Shown one piece after another: positions 27,711 to 40,981 of a stretch of 64,000 nt of DNA (positions within the stretch are counted from its first letter, which is position 1; the number at the start of each line of letters is the position of its first letter). Source of the stretch: Geosiphon pyriformis uo1 (Eukaryota > Fungi > Glomeromycota); NCBI GenBank assembly GCA_016748015.1, contig JAAOMT010000436.1:1610847-1674846 (forward strand). Reading direction: 5' to 3'. A model generated the notes under the pieces. The model did not search any database, was not told the origin of the DNA, and saw nothing but the letters and a program-made list of their open reading frames with translations. Both the position numbers and the translations under genes were made by a program.

Positions 27711-29326
27711 TTATTCCGCACAGATTCCCATCATGTGTTGAAAATATGGGCCGTTATGTGGTGCTGCACTTACAGAAAGTTTTGGTGTGTCGTTATCTTG
27801 AGATGAACCTGTGGATGAATATTGATTATTGCAATTCTAATTGCAAAAGTGAAGACGCAAGATTAATTTTGAGATATATTAAAAATAATTACAATTGAAA
27901 TAAATAAATAAAAAAAAACGGTTAACATACTGGATTCTCATCAATAATATAATGAGTTTCTCCTTGAATCGATTCTTCATGATACTCTCCAATACACTCA
28001 AAAACAAGCGGTGCCTCACATTCACAATATGGCATTATCCAAAACTCAGTACCAACATGCTTAAATAATCTTTGATGATTTGGAGGCATTTGGACGACGT
28101 AATCATTTGCGTAGGTAATTCTAAAGACATTCAAAAACAGATCCACATGTTCGGCAAAAAATTTGTTTCCTATCCGGGGCATGCCGTAAGTATATACTTT
28201 TACGTTCCAATTATCAATGCCGATCCCTCGTTGTTCTTGTATGAATAGGCCCAATAAAACAGCATATACTAAAGAAAAAAATCATACTTCAAAAAAAAGC
28301 TGAATGCTGATTTTCGATAAAAATTTTTAAAAAAATTCCTTACCACCACCGATATCATGACCAGTTATTCGAAATTCGTGTATTTTATGCGTATGTGCGA
28401 GTATTGAAAGTTGCCTGATTATATGCCATCTTGTTTTTTGTATGTTGCTGAAAAAAATTCCAATAACTTTTGCGTTTTTGACCTCTTCATATTGTACCAT
28501 GTCGAATTTACTTAGGTACCATTTATGCTCATCAAATGGATTTCCTTTTATGTACACTATTACTTCGGTTGAGGTTTCGCTTCTATCTACGAAAGTCTCA
28601 ACTTGATATTGATAGATAAATAAAATCATTAATAAATATATTGTCATTTCAAGAGTAATTGACAGAACATTAAATTTATAAAGTTCTTTTTTGATAAATA
28701 CAATAAATTCCTTCGGCAACTTTTCCTCTACTCTCTCCGAGACAATAAGCTTTTTCAGCAAAACGAGCATATTTTTCGAATGGCATTAATAAATGTGGAT
28801 ATGTCACTAAAGTTTTATGGCTTTGATCATAAGTCTCGTAACCCATTGATAGTAAGTTTTTTGAGCTGAGAGAGTTTCTTTCAGCTAAATTATTCTTTGG
28901 TATCGAAATTGATCTTTTAGTTTTTCGCCTGTCAAAACTTTTGTCCAAGGAAGCAATAGATGTCGAAATAATAATATCTCCATTAACATTTAAAGTGCTT
29001 AGGGTATTATGAAGATTTTTTTCATGATTAAGGTTAGAATTTGGTAACTGAAATGTCTTTGTATATTGGTTTTCAAAAATAAGATGAGAATTTTTAAACC
29101 GCATTAAGAAGTTAACATTTTGAAATCTGAAACCTGAAAGAAAAGTTATTGTCAAGATAAAAGTCAATATTGATAACAGAACGGCTCTTTTTTGAATTGG
29201 GTTTAATGATGACCATTTAGAAATGAGGATTATTGCAAATTGATTATTTTTAAATGATGATGATGATGATGATGATGATGAAGGGAGAAAAAGATGATTC
29301 ATGTGAAAATTATTTGATCGTGGCAT
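27711..29326 (-). CDS. Class-3 lipase-like protein with Asp at the nucleophile position (GHDIG), 4 exons (29326-28702, 28601-28344, 28268-27931, 27836-27711), ~448 aa
   Basis: Open 1347-nt spliced CDS. Internal hydrophobic anchor and TKRS site. Motifs FAEKAYC, YIKGN, TGHDIGG, YTYGMPRIGN, RITYANDYV, HVGTEFW, HNGPYF. Confidence 0.86.
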
Positions 29327-31432
29327 AATACTTTTAAAAAAATGATAAAAATAATAATTTTATTTTTCTATCTGTGTAATGACTACGAATTTCTAGTTTT
29401 ACATAATCTTTTTGAGAAAAGTGTTGCAAGTGAGATTGCAAAGGGTTTCATTTATAAAAATTTGAATTTGCAATAAAGTTTTGGATCATGAGAAAGATTC
29501 TTTTTGATTGCTCCTTGTCTACCACCCAAAATAGAATCGTGTCGGCTTTATCGGTGATTTTTGGAATACTTGTTATCTTTGGACACACACAAGTTTCATC
29601 AGTATGATAACCTAATTTTCTCTACCCCCTTTAAATGTGAAAGCTTAGCGGGAATCATTATCATTATCATAATAATTATCAATTATGATTTATGCTTATG
29701 CTCAAATCATTTCGCAATTCGGAATTTTCAAAACAATTTTGAAAAAGTTATTTAAACTCGTGTTACATCAAAGGGTTCAAAATTCCCCGACGATCAGGAG
29801 AATCATTTTAACGTGGATTAATAGTAGTACCCAAAGATTAGTGATCCCCTATCAGGCTTTTTGATGATATTGATGATCCATTATAAAACAAACTAAACAA
29901 ATCGGGCCTCTGTTTTTAACTTTAAACAAATAAAAAAGTGAGGAGGTTTTTCACATTTTTTTGACGCAATAACAAGCTAAAAATCTGTCAAAAACTTAAA
30001 ATTTATCTTTCATAGCCTTATTTTTTCGCAAAGATAATTTCAAAGCTTTTTTATTTTAAAGTATATAATTTTAAATTTAAAACCTTATATCCCATAGATA
30101 AAATATATCAAGTGAAACACTCACCTTAAAAATATTGACTAACTTAAATTAGAATGAAGCCTTCAATTTAAAACCAATAATCTTTGTGAATGTTGATATC
30201 AAAGTTTGAAAATATTTTTTTTAGATATAAATGTTTTATTTTCTTTATATATATTGAATAATTGAATTATTTAATAGAAAAAACCACTTTTTGTTAATTA
30301 AAACACATAGAATGATAATTTCTTTTGTTGAGAATACATTGTAGATTTAAAAGCAAAAATACATACAAAAGTTACAAAAACAAAATATATTAAAAAAATT
30401 TCACAATGTACACATGTCAAATTGAAATATAGCTAAATAATTGAAAATAGAAAATTTATCCCTTTTAAGATAAGCAATAATGGGGAAAGAAAAACAAAAA
30501 TATTATCTAATGGAAGAGGTTTCATAACATACAAAAAAATAGGAAAGTCATTAAGTTCCAAAAGTTCAAGTTTAGCGCTATAACTTCCTGTTAATCAAAA
30601 ACCGGAAATTTTATAAGCATATTATAATGAGTATACATAGCTTAAAGAAAACAATTGACCCAATTTAAAACAATCAATTTTTTGATACAATTATTAACCC
30701 CCTGCAACTAGAAAAGATTGAATTTAATTCGCGGGATAACTTCTTATTGAAAAATAGTTCAAAAATTGATACAGGTTAGGGCAATTAATAAATATAAATA
30801 ATTGGAAAGAGTTGTTTACAGAATGATAAGTTCATATTTTGTGTCAAAGATTTACATAAAATTCTATCATAAAGAAAATTTTTTCTAAACTTTTGTACAG
30901 TAGCATGTGTTTATTTTGAAAAATCTGTGCAACCAAAATTAATCTTTTTGATGTTTGAATAAAAAATATTATGAGAAATTTTGAAAAGAAAATATATATA
31001 TATATTTCAAATCAAAATTTTATTGATAGTCCGTATTTATTTCTAAAAAATATGGACTGTTCAAGATTGAAGGAACTTTGAAAAAAAATAAAATTATTCT
31101 TTTTGATTAAAAATACTAATGTTTAAAATTTGAAACATGAAAAGACAAAATATTGTTATCCAACTTAAATAATATAATTTACTTGCAATATTTAAGTATC
31201 GTAATTCTAACCTGAAAAACTGACAAACTTTAAAAAAATATTTCTAAACCATTATCAAACAATTTTTTAAAGAGATTAAATTTAATTTCAAAAAACATTT
31301 CCACTATTTTTTTTTTGAGATATCTTTTTTTCTTAATTTTTAATATAAATCTAATCAAATATAAATTAATCCAAAATTATTTATTATCAATTTATTTTAA
31401 AAGATTGAAAAAAAATTTTATCAGAGATCTTT

Positions 31433-33022
31433 TTAACTAAATGTACTACAATCCCCCATAGTGATCCCAAAATATGGGCCAATATGAAAATAATTTGGGG
31501 GAATATGATCAATAGATTGCCCAGCGTTACATTCCTAAAATATTGAATTCAAAAATTTTTAAAGATTAATGAATAATAAATTAAATTAAATTAAATTATT
31601 AACATTTTATCAACCTGATTTTCACCAGCTTCTATTCCAAATGGAAAAAAAGGATCATCTGGGAATGGATTTTCGTCATTAATCCCTTTATCATTTCTGG
31701 TTTCATTTTTTAAAAATCCATCACAATAAAAAACTTCATAATTTTGAATTTTGTCTTTCACGGAATCATTATAATTATCGGATTTTAAACATGAACAATC
31801 TTCAAAATCGAACCAAATTTCCAATTCATGATGCGATAAAATATCTTTCCCAGATGTCACTTTTGGGAAATGTGGCATTGCATCGTTCGTATGCGTTATT
31901 CTAGCTGTAGAAGTGAATTTATTTAAAAGACGAGCAAACCCAACGTTTCCAATTCTCGGTTGACCAAATGTTATAATTTTTGTTGGAATTCGAGGTAAGA
32001 TTGGACCGAAAGGAAATAAAGATGTATCTTTCTCATATAACATTGCCCATAAGAGGCCAGAAATTGCTGCATATGCTGTAATATAATTAGATTAAGAAAA
32101 TTTTATTATTTAAAATAAAAGTGATGAAAAAGATAAATTATCTTTTAAATATAAGTACCCACCACCTCCAATACCATGCCCAACAAAAAATATTCCTTGA
32201 ATTTGATTGTTTTTTCTAATTCCAGAAACAATGCTCGAAAATAATGCATTCCTCATTTTTTGTACATGTTCATACCATTCCCGTTCAACCTTGATCAATA
32301 AATTTGCTTTTTTACTTTTGATTGGAGTGAAAGGCACTAAGTTCGTTTCCCTTTTTTCCAAATGTGCTTTTGTAAGCTCCGCTCCTTTAAACATTGCTAC
32401 TATAACGTTCCCATCTTGTACGTAAATTACTTCGGCTAAAATTTTTATTGGTTAGTTTACTGTATTGTGATATAACGATTTTGAAGAGGAAAGTTGTATC
32501 TTTCAATTTTTCATTAGCATTGGTAACAGCTAATTTGATATGTATAACTTTAATACCAAATTATACCAATACATCTTAAAAATAAAAATAAAAAAAGTAT
32601 AAATTGCGCAATTTCTGATTACCTCTCACATCGTCTCGCTTCACAAATTTCCCAATTCCATTATCCGGATAACAATAAGCTAAATTAGAGTATCCAGCCA
32701 TGCGCATAAAAAATGTGTTTAATTTCAAACTTTTTATATCAAGTTTTCTTTTTGGTGGATATCTTGAAAAATTATTTTGATGAAAAGATCGTTTCAAATT
32801 CAAAGAATTTTTATTATATAAATTATTTTGAGAAAGTCTTGAAAAGTTTGGGTATGAGTGTGAGATCGTTGAGATAATAGATATTAAAGAACATATTAAT
32901 ATCCATGATATTAAAAAATATAAAAAAATTAATTGAGTTGGAAAGATTTTATAAATAGGTGAAATTTTTGAAATCTGAAAGAATGGTCTCTTTTTTACCA
33001 CTCTAAGCTTCTTTTGATTCAT
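31433..33022 (-). CDS. Class-3 lipase-like protein lacking the catalytic Ser (GHGIG), 4 exons (33022-32623, 32435-32163, 32075-31615, 31534-31433), ~411 aa
   Basis: Open 1236-nt spliced CDS. Basic N-tail, anchor and LKRS site. Motifs YSNLAYC, MFKGA, VGHGIGG, TFGQPRIGN, RITHTNDAMP, HIGPYFG. Confidence 0.87.
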
Positions 33023-36000
33023 TGTTGAAAATGTAAGATTTCGATTTGTTAATATTGGACTTATTATCGAGTTTTGTTGATTTTAATTACTGGCAATGAT
33101 ATCATGTGATCCTGAAATCGAGGAGCTGATAATGTAATTACTTTTTTGTTTGGTTAAGTCTAATTTCCACATTTCTATCTTTTTTATATTATGAGCTTAT
33201 CTTTTATTATTTTGTTAATTTTTTTCTTTTCTCCCTAATAATTAGATAAATTTTAACCATCTTGTTTTATGTTTTTACTCCTAAAAAATTGACATATTTT
33301 CAACTTTGCATTTAATTTAGAATTCATCAAAGGTTCATAGTGAAAAGATAACTACTTAGAGACGTCTTAATTAAATATGCTATTTTTATTACTTATTCAT
33401 AATGGTATCATTATTTCTATGCCAATTTTCTCAAGTTATAAATTAAAAATTTATTTCCCGTTTTTCTTAACAATTTACATAGATTCAAGCCTCTAAAAAC
33501 TTGAGAGCAATATAAATTTAAAATAGAAAACTATTTTAATAGCTTGTTTAGAGTGAGATATAAGATAAAGTCGAAGCAAAATTTCTGATAACTTGTCAAA
33601 AAAATTTGTATTTTTTTGTTGATCTCATCAAACTTATTAGTATCAATAAGTACTAATTAGACCCTAAAGCAGTTTTAGATGATGAAACTTAGATAATTAA
33701 TTGCCAAAAAACCTCTGTTAAAAAGAGACGCAAGCAAATTTTACGTTAGAGTGAAACAAAAGATAGGGATCTCTTATCTTTTTACTTTCTATATTTGCTT
33801 AATTATGCAAAAATTAAAACAAACTTGATCATAATAAAAAGTCAAATTTGATTCCTTGTTTTTTCCATGCGTATAGGATATGCATTTCATATAAAAATCA
33901 AAAAACATTTGGTTAGTAGTTATCATAAATGATCATCCCCAAAGTCGAAGTTTAAAATTATTAATCTACTTTGTTTTCCTAGCAAAAAATTATTTGTTTT
34001 AAAAGTTGTTTGAGTGAAAATAAATTAAACAAAAAGATAAAAGATAATCATGGTTTATGAGAGACCAGTTAGTAATTAACAAACAATAATCATGGGTTCA
34101 ATTTTCTAATTTTTTAAAAATTCCATTTTTGGTGGTGGTTTCAACAAAAAAAATTTATTAGAAAAAATAAAAATAAAAAATCTAAACATCAGGCATTAAA
34201 CCATAAAAGAATATTTAAAGAATTATTTTTACTTTAATAATCTTTGATTTCTTTGTTGATTTAAAAAAGGAAATTTGTGTTCAACTTTAAAATTTTTATT
34301 ATAGGCTCATATTATAATGAATAGATCATATTTTTGTAAAAAAAAAGATCTATATTAATTGAAATCTAATTTAGGTCTACAAGTAAAAGTTAAAATATAT
34401 CTTTAAAATTATAAGTTTGAATTGCAAGATTGATTTGAGCTTGTTATTGAAAAATAACCATTTTTATGATTGTTTGAATGAAGATTATTTGAAAAAGTGA
34501 ATTTTTTACTAAAAATTTAGAATATTAAATGGAAGTTTTACATATTGTTAAAAACTAAGTAAACCAAACTTTATAAAAAAAATTTAATATACATAAAAAA
34601 ACATTTATAATTTTTAATTGATTTTTAATTAATTTCAAAATTATAAACTTGTTATTTTTAGAAATTTTTATATATCTATTTTACTACAATTAATCAAAAT
34701 TACAAATTTGCTATTGATCGTTTATTGTAAAAAAAAAATTCAAATTTAAGCCAATAATTAAATTAATGACAGGATTGAAACAAATTTTTAAAATAAAAAA
34801 ATTAACATAATATATAACATATATTATTTAGTATAATTTTTATTAATAAATGGCAATTTTTAACCAAAAAATATATAGTTCCTTGTTATTATAAATTATA
34901 TTAAATTAATTTTTATAATTATTTAATAAAATAAGATCAAAAAATATGTAATTTTTTTAAGAAAAAAATTAATTCAAAAATATAAATTTTAATTAACAAA
35001 AAATTTGAAAATATATTTTTAAAATTGTAATCGTTAAAAATTAAAATATACAATTAATATAATCAAAAAAAATACAATAAATAAGAAAATTTCTAATTTT
35101 ATGTAAAAATAAAATAAATTGTGTTTTTATATAATAATTATTATATTTTATTATGTTATTCAATTTAAAACTGTTATTTGTTACCACAAATGAAAAATTT
35201 AATTTAAAATATAAATTATAATTTACATGTTATAAGTTTTTAATTCATTTTTTGTATAAATAATTAATTAAATATTATTTTTAAAAATAATATAATTTTC
35301 AGTTGAGTTTACTTTTAAAGTTTTTTCTTAAATAATTTTTAAAAACTTAAATTTAAAATTATATATATATATAAGTTTGTGTCATTATTATAATAATCAA
35401 ATAACTAAAAAAAAATTGTGAATTTTGACTTGAATTTAAGTATTAGCATACATTACTATTTTTTATTAGATTAAAATTTTTTTTGAAAAAATAATATTTA
35501 AATATTTATTTCATATATATGTTAATATATTGTAAATTAAAATTATTTAAAGTAATTTTTAAAAATAAAAAAAATTAAATACAAAGTTAATTATCAAATC
35601 AATAATTAGGTTAATAGCTAATTCTATAAAAAATTTGTTGTGAAATTTTGTTTTAATAAATTATATTCATCTGATGCTTAATTATCACTCGAGTTCAAAT
35701 TTGTATTATATATATATGTAATTCGTTAAAATTTATTTTTTTGACACTTATTTTTTATATTTCAATTTCAATTTTATTTAAAATATAAATGTGCATTTTA
35801 TATATGTTTTTAATAAAATTAAAATTTTATTTAATCACAATAATAATAATAATAATAATAATAACAAAAAATTCAATCAATTTATTAGAAAAAAAAACAT
35901 GATTTTGAATTTTTTGATAAAAATATGAATATTTAATATAAAATTGGAAAGTTATTCAAATAATTATAGTAATATCTGATATAATCTTAAACATAAACCA

Positions 36001-36144
36001 ATAAATTTAGTCTGAGTATAATTACTTGATTTGACTTTAAAAACTTTTTTTTTGATTATTTTTAGAATACAAATTATAAGGGCACTTTATTTTTTTGCCG
36101 AACATTACGGTATGTAAAAGAGGATCGATTTCCATATATTTTTC

Positions 36145-37537
36145 TCAACTATAATATTCTTTACAATCACCCATTGTAACACCAAAATAAGGGCCATTAT
36201 GAAAGAGGCCATTTGAAACCTTTGTGATTGATTGTCCTGCATTGCACTCCTAAGAGAAACCATTTTTAGTTTTTATCCGTGAAAACCATTTAAGAAATAT
36301 ATGTAGTTAGAAGCAAAAGCTAACCATATTCGTTTCATATGTTCCTTCCTTCTGATTCGAATAATTATTACAATCCCAGTAAGAATAGAAATCTTCGGGA
36401 CATTCACAATTTTCAGATGGCTGAAGCCAGATTTCAGCACCAGAATGTTTCCACTTGATAGAATCATCAGGAAATTGTGGGACGTAATCATTTCCATGGG
36501 TAACACGCAGATATAAAAGTGTTCGATCTATTAATGCACTAAGCTGGCTGTTTCCAATTTTTGGAGCTCCAAAAGTCAAAATCATTGACCATATTTTATC
36601 AAGACCTATCTCAGGCCAAAGATTTTTTTGCATGACTTTAGATGCTTCATAATGCCATAGAAGGCCAGTGATTAAGGCATATGCTATTTTTGAAAAAAGA
36701 AATATTCGTAATTTAAAATTTTACTTTTAGACTCAAGAGCAGAAGTATAGTATTTATTAACCTCCACCAATCCCATGTCCGATGAAATAAATAGATTTAA
36801 TGTTGGAATATGCGTGCAGATTATTTCGAATATCTTGTATTAAATTGGAAAATATGGATTCTATATCCTGCAACCACTGCTGATTAACATGAACATATTC
36901 GTCAGGAAACGCAATTCCATCCACTCTCAATGTTACTTGTGCTTGATTTATAGAAGACCATTGGGCTTTAATCAATTTCTAAAAAATTTAATCAAAAATC
37001 TGATTATCTTTACCATGATTTGTATTTTAAAACACGTTATTCACGAAAGTTAAAAATAATTACTGGTCCGCCTAACAACACACACAATATGTCGTGATTA
37101 GGTTGCGGTAAAACTTTGGCTGAAGACCGAAAATTTAGGTTAATATGAAGTAAAACTGATTTTGAATTCAACTCAATCTATTAAGTTTAAACTCTTTTTT
37201 TCAAACCAATGAAAGGTCTCTCGTTTGGGAAACAATATAAAGCATTTGCGAAAGGTGTAAAGATTTCAATAAAAGTCAAGATTCCTATTCGAGGTATCAT
37301 TTTTGTTTTGACATATGATTTTGAGCGTTTAATAATTTGAATCATGTGTAAAGAAATTCCCAGTGAATTCTCCCAAACCGCCGAGGTTATGAAATTATAA
37401 TTTATATTCTGTTTTTGAGAAATATTAAATCTTAAAGTTTCTCTGAAGGCTATCGAACTTTTAAGTTTCTCTAGAGGAGAAAAGTAAAAAGCTGATAATA
37501 TAAAAATTAAGATTAAGATTTGATTTCTTCTCAACAT
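36145..37537 (-). CDS. Class-3 lipase-like protein lacking the catalytic Ser (GHGIG), 5 exons (37537-37207, 37119-37064, 36978-36762, 36683-36325, 36249-36145), ~355 aa
   Basis: Open 1068-nt spliced CDS. Hydrophobic N-terminus and IKRS site. Motifs FANALYC, IGHGIGG, TFGAPKIGN, RVTHGNDYVP, HNGPYFG. Confidence 0.85.
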
Positions 37538-38720
37538 ATCCAATTTAATTATTTTTGGATTTGCAGAAAAACTTATTGAAAGAATGCTTAGGCAAATTTT
37601 TAGTATAAGATCTACCTTTATATAATAAAAGTCTAGTTATAGTTTCATTATATTATTTTAAATCACCTGGATGATTTAGACAAATATTCTTTGCAAATAT
37701 TGAAATTTATTATGATAGTGATATTATTCGTTCATCACTTCTATAAATTCTCTAGGAATTAAAAATGGTTGAAATTTAATTAAGGAAGAGTAAATATTGA
37801 CTTCCTACCCATATATTCTTCCGAAAATTAAATTTCTTGAGAGCGCGGTTAGTAAGAATAAAACATTATGTCTAATACTAATAAAATCTATAGGGTTTAA
37901 ATCACTTTTAACAATTAAAAATAGCTTTTAAGTAAGTTTGAACTATGATAATTAAATTTAAAGATTATCAATATTTAAAGACTTTTAGAATCATTTCGGT
38001 ATAAATAAAATAAATAGTAATCATTTTTTCGTGACTATATAAAAATAAAAAATTTTGTTTGATTTCAAATAACTAATTTTATTTAATAACAGTGCTTATA
38101 TAAATTATGAGAAAAGTGAAAAAAAAACTCGGAATTTATTATTTTATGACAATATAATATATATCTTAATAATTTTTTCCAAATTTAAAATATTTATAAA
38201 ACTTTAAGGATAGTTAACCCTCCACGCAAATACCCTTTACAAGAAAGACTTATTTGTATTCAACTCTTGCTTAATTATAAATCTAAGTTTAACCGAATAA
38301 TCCGAGATTATAGCTATTACATTTGACACTAAATTCTAATTTTGTTATTTTAAATGACAAATAAATTGATTTTTAAAAATAATTAAACAGAAAAACCAAA
38401 AATTTATTTAAATAATTAAAACTTAATTTTTTTTATGTTTTATAGTTTTTGTTTGTTTTAAAAAAGAATTATATTTTATCACGTTGAAAACTACAAGAAA
38501 TGCATTTTGCTCATATTTATTTTATTTTCAATTTAAGCTTTAATTCTGTTAATAATGCAATATTTTTTTTTATTAAGAATCAATTAGTATTATAATTTTT
38601 TTCGATTTATACTCGCATTGCAACATAATTCAATTTAATTATATCGTGAAAAATCGGAATTTTTTTTTGATATTTAACAAAAATACCTTAATCAATTCTT
38701 GGCAATAAAGCATCATTAGA

Positions 38721-38727
38721 TATAAAT
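38721..38727 (+). promoter_or_regulatory. Candidate TATA box for the 38815 gene
   Basis: TATAAAT ~95 bp upstream of the ATG at 38815; weak evidence in AT-rich DNA. Confidence 0.3.
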
Positions 38728-38814
38728 AAGCTAAGGAATTGAAATCTTAGTCAACTAACAATTTTTTTTAAAAAATCGAAAATTTTTAAATCAACTTCGA
38801 TATTCAAACCTAAA

Positions 38815-39153
38815 ATGGACTTTAAACTTTCACTCTCTATTCTGGTCCTTCTTTAATTCGTTTTCTCATTTCTATTAAGCCCCTCAAAAGGTTCTCCAAT
38901 TGGAAATGTTTCAAATATTTCAAATATTACAAACCCTATTGTCATTTCAAATGAGAACCGGGGAAACGCGAGCGGTATTGGCCACGGGAACGTTAGAAAC
39001 AACGTTGGAAACAATAATGAAAATAGGGTTGGTAATAACAATGGCGATACGGTTGCAAGTAACAATGGCGATACATTTGGAAACTGCAATCGCAATAAGA
39101 TTAATCAAATTTATGAAAAAAAGCCTGAAAAACCTATTGTTCACACCAAGTAA
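38815..39153 (+). pseudogene. Small secreted Asn/Gly-rich repeat protein interrupted by one premature TAA (38854-38856)
   Basis: MDFKLSLSILVLL*FVFSFLLSPSKGSPIGNVSNISNITNP...NVGNNNENRVGNNNGDTVASNNGDTFGNCNRNKINQIYEKKPEKPIVHTK*. Signal peptide with a G|SP cleavage-like site; absent from the ORF track. Confidence 0.65.
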
Positions 39154-40981
39154 AAATTTGTTATCGACACAATAAAGGTATAGAATCAGGCTTGTAAAAA
39201 TTTTTAATTCCTTATATGACGAGATTCGCGCGCCAAATCACCTTTCTTTATCAGGTTCTTTACTTTTTGAGGAATAGAATTCTGGCTGAGCATGGAATTA
39301 GAAATTTTTTAAAATCAAAATGTTATTTCCTACAAATTAAACTTCTATAATAACTAATTATTAGATCATGTTATTCAATAGATTAGATTTTTATAGAAAT
39401 AAAAGGCTAATTTTATTTCATAAATAGAAGTAATTCTTGTTATTGATTTGAAAAAATGTTACAATAAAAAATTTACGGGCATCTATATTTTTTATTCACT
39501 TACCCCTGAAAGAAATTTGAGAATTTTTTCTAATTATTTTGCTAAAACCTCAGTTTTTGTCAATATATAACATTGTATAATCTATCTATTTTACTATTTA
39601 AAATACGAATAAATTTGGGGAAATTTTTATTAATTTTTTTCTTTTTTAATTACCCTCTTGAATAAACTTAAGTTTTAAAAAAAAAACTACAAATTATTGT
39701 CATTCAAGTGCCGGCTTGAAAAATGTTAATGATATTCAAAAAAAAAATTTAAATCTGAATTTTTTCTAACTAATTATCAAGTTGACAAGGGAAGATCAGA
39801 ATCACATAGCTTGAAAACTATTGTATTAATGGCCTGATAGTTTATTCAATTTCATTTCCGTGCACAAGTAATTGATTTACTCTTTCAAATTGAACAGCAT
39901 CTTCATAGTTTTTGCTCGGTCTTGTTTAATCATTTCTTCAAATTATTGGTATATTTTCAAACACTTGATAAAGAAAAGGAAGCTTTTTGATGTCCTTATT
40001 TTTGTCAAACTTTTAAATGATATCTTATTTGAAAAATAAATGAAGACCTTCAAAAGATAATATGATTTAAAAAAGAAAATAAATATTTAAACTCTAAAAT
40101 TCTTAATTTTTGAATCTTGAGATTCGATATGAAAAGATCAAAATTCAAGTGAAAGTAGATGAGACTGAAGATTTTAAATAATTTTAAAGCCATATTAAAA
40201 TTTAAAGATTGCTTAAAAAAATTATAAGTTAGGAAATAAATAAAACTGAAATTTTGAAACTAGTTTCTATATTGATTTTAGGTAAATAAAGGATATTTTA
40301 TTTCTAGGAATTTGGGTTCAATCTTAAATTTTCCAGAATAATAAGTTTTTGATTACATGATTGTCAGAGAATTTCATGTTGCGAATCATGGGATTTTTGA
40401 GTTAAAATCTAAACTATTCCAAATAAAGTAAAGAAACGAGTCTTCAACTGAAATATCATTTAAAATTGTTACAAAAAATAAAAATAATTTGTATTTCTGA
40501 AATTTAACACAATAATTTTAGTATAGAAAAGGAAAATTTTTTATAAAAAATTTTAAATTACATTTAAACACTTTAATCTATTAACTTATAGGTTTTGTGG
40601 TCACATATCAAACCTTAGAAATACGAAGATTGCACCTGTCAATTTTAATCTAGTAAATGTTTTAACTCAATACTTTGAAAAAAATTATATTTGGGATCTT
40701 TTATTGTAAAGTATTGATTAAATACAAATAAAATGTTTGAAAAATTTATATCTACTTGTCAAAATTTAGTAACCAAGTTAATAATAAAAGTAATAATAAA
40801 ATAAAACAAATTGATTTAATATTTTATTAATTTATGTAAAAGCACATATCAAAAAATTTTTATAAGGCTGATCAAAAGAATAAAGAACAAATATTTTGAA
40901 GAAGATTATTTTTTTAATATTAACAACATGTCTACTCATGTTTAAGCTTATATAGATGCAAAAAAAAAGATTATAAATATA

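Noticed and set aside
38853-39175. ORF-track ORFs 38853-39095 (-), 38900-39175 (+), 38947-39144 (-)
   Set aside because: Alternate frames of the 38815 Asn/Gly-rich gene, which has the ATG and signal peptide.
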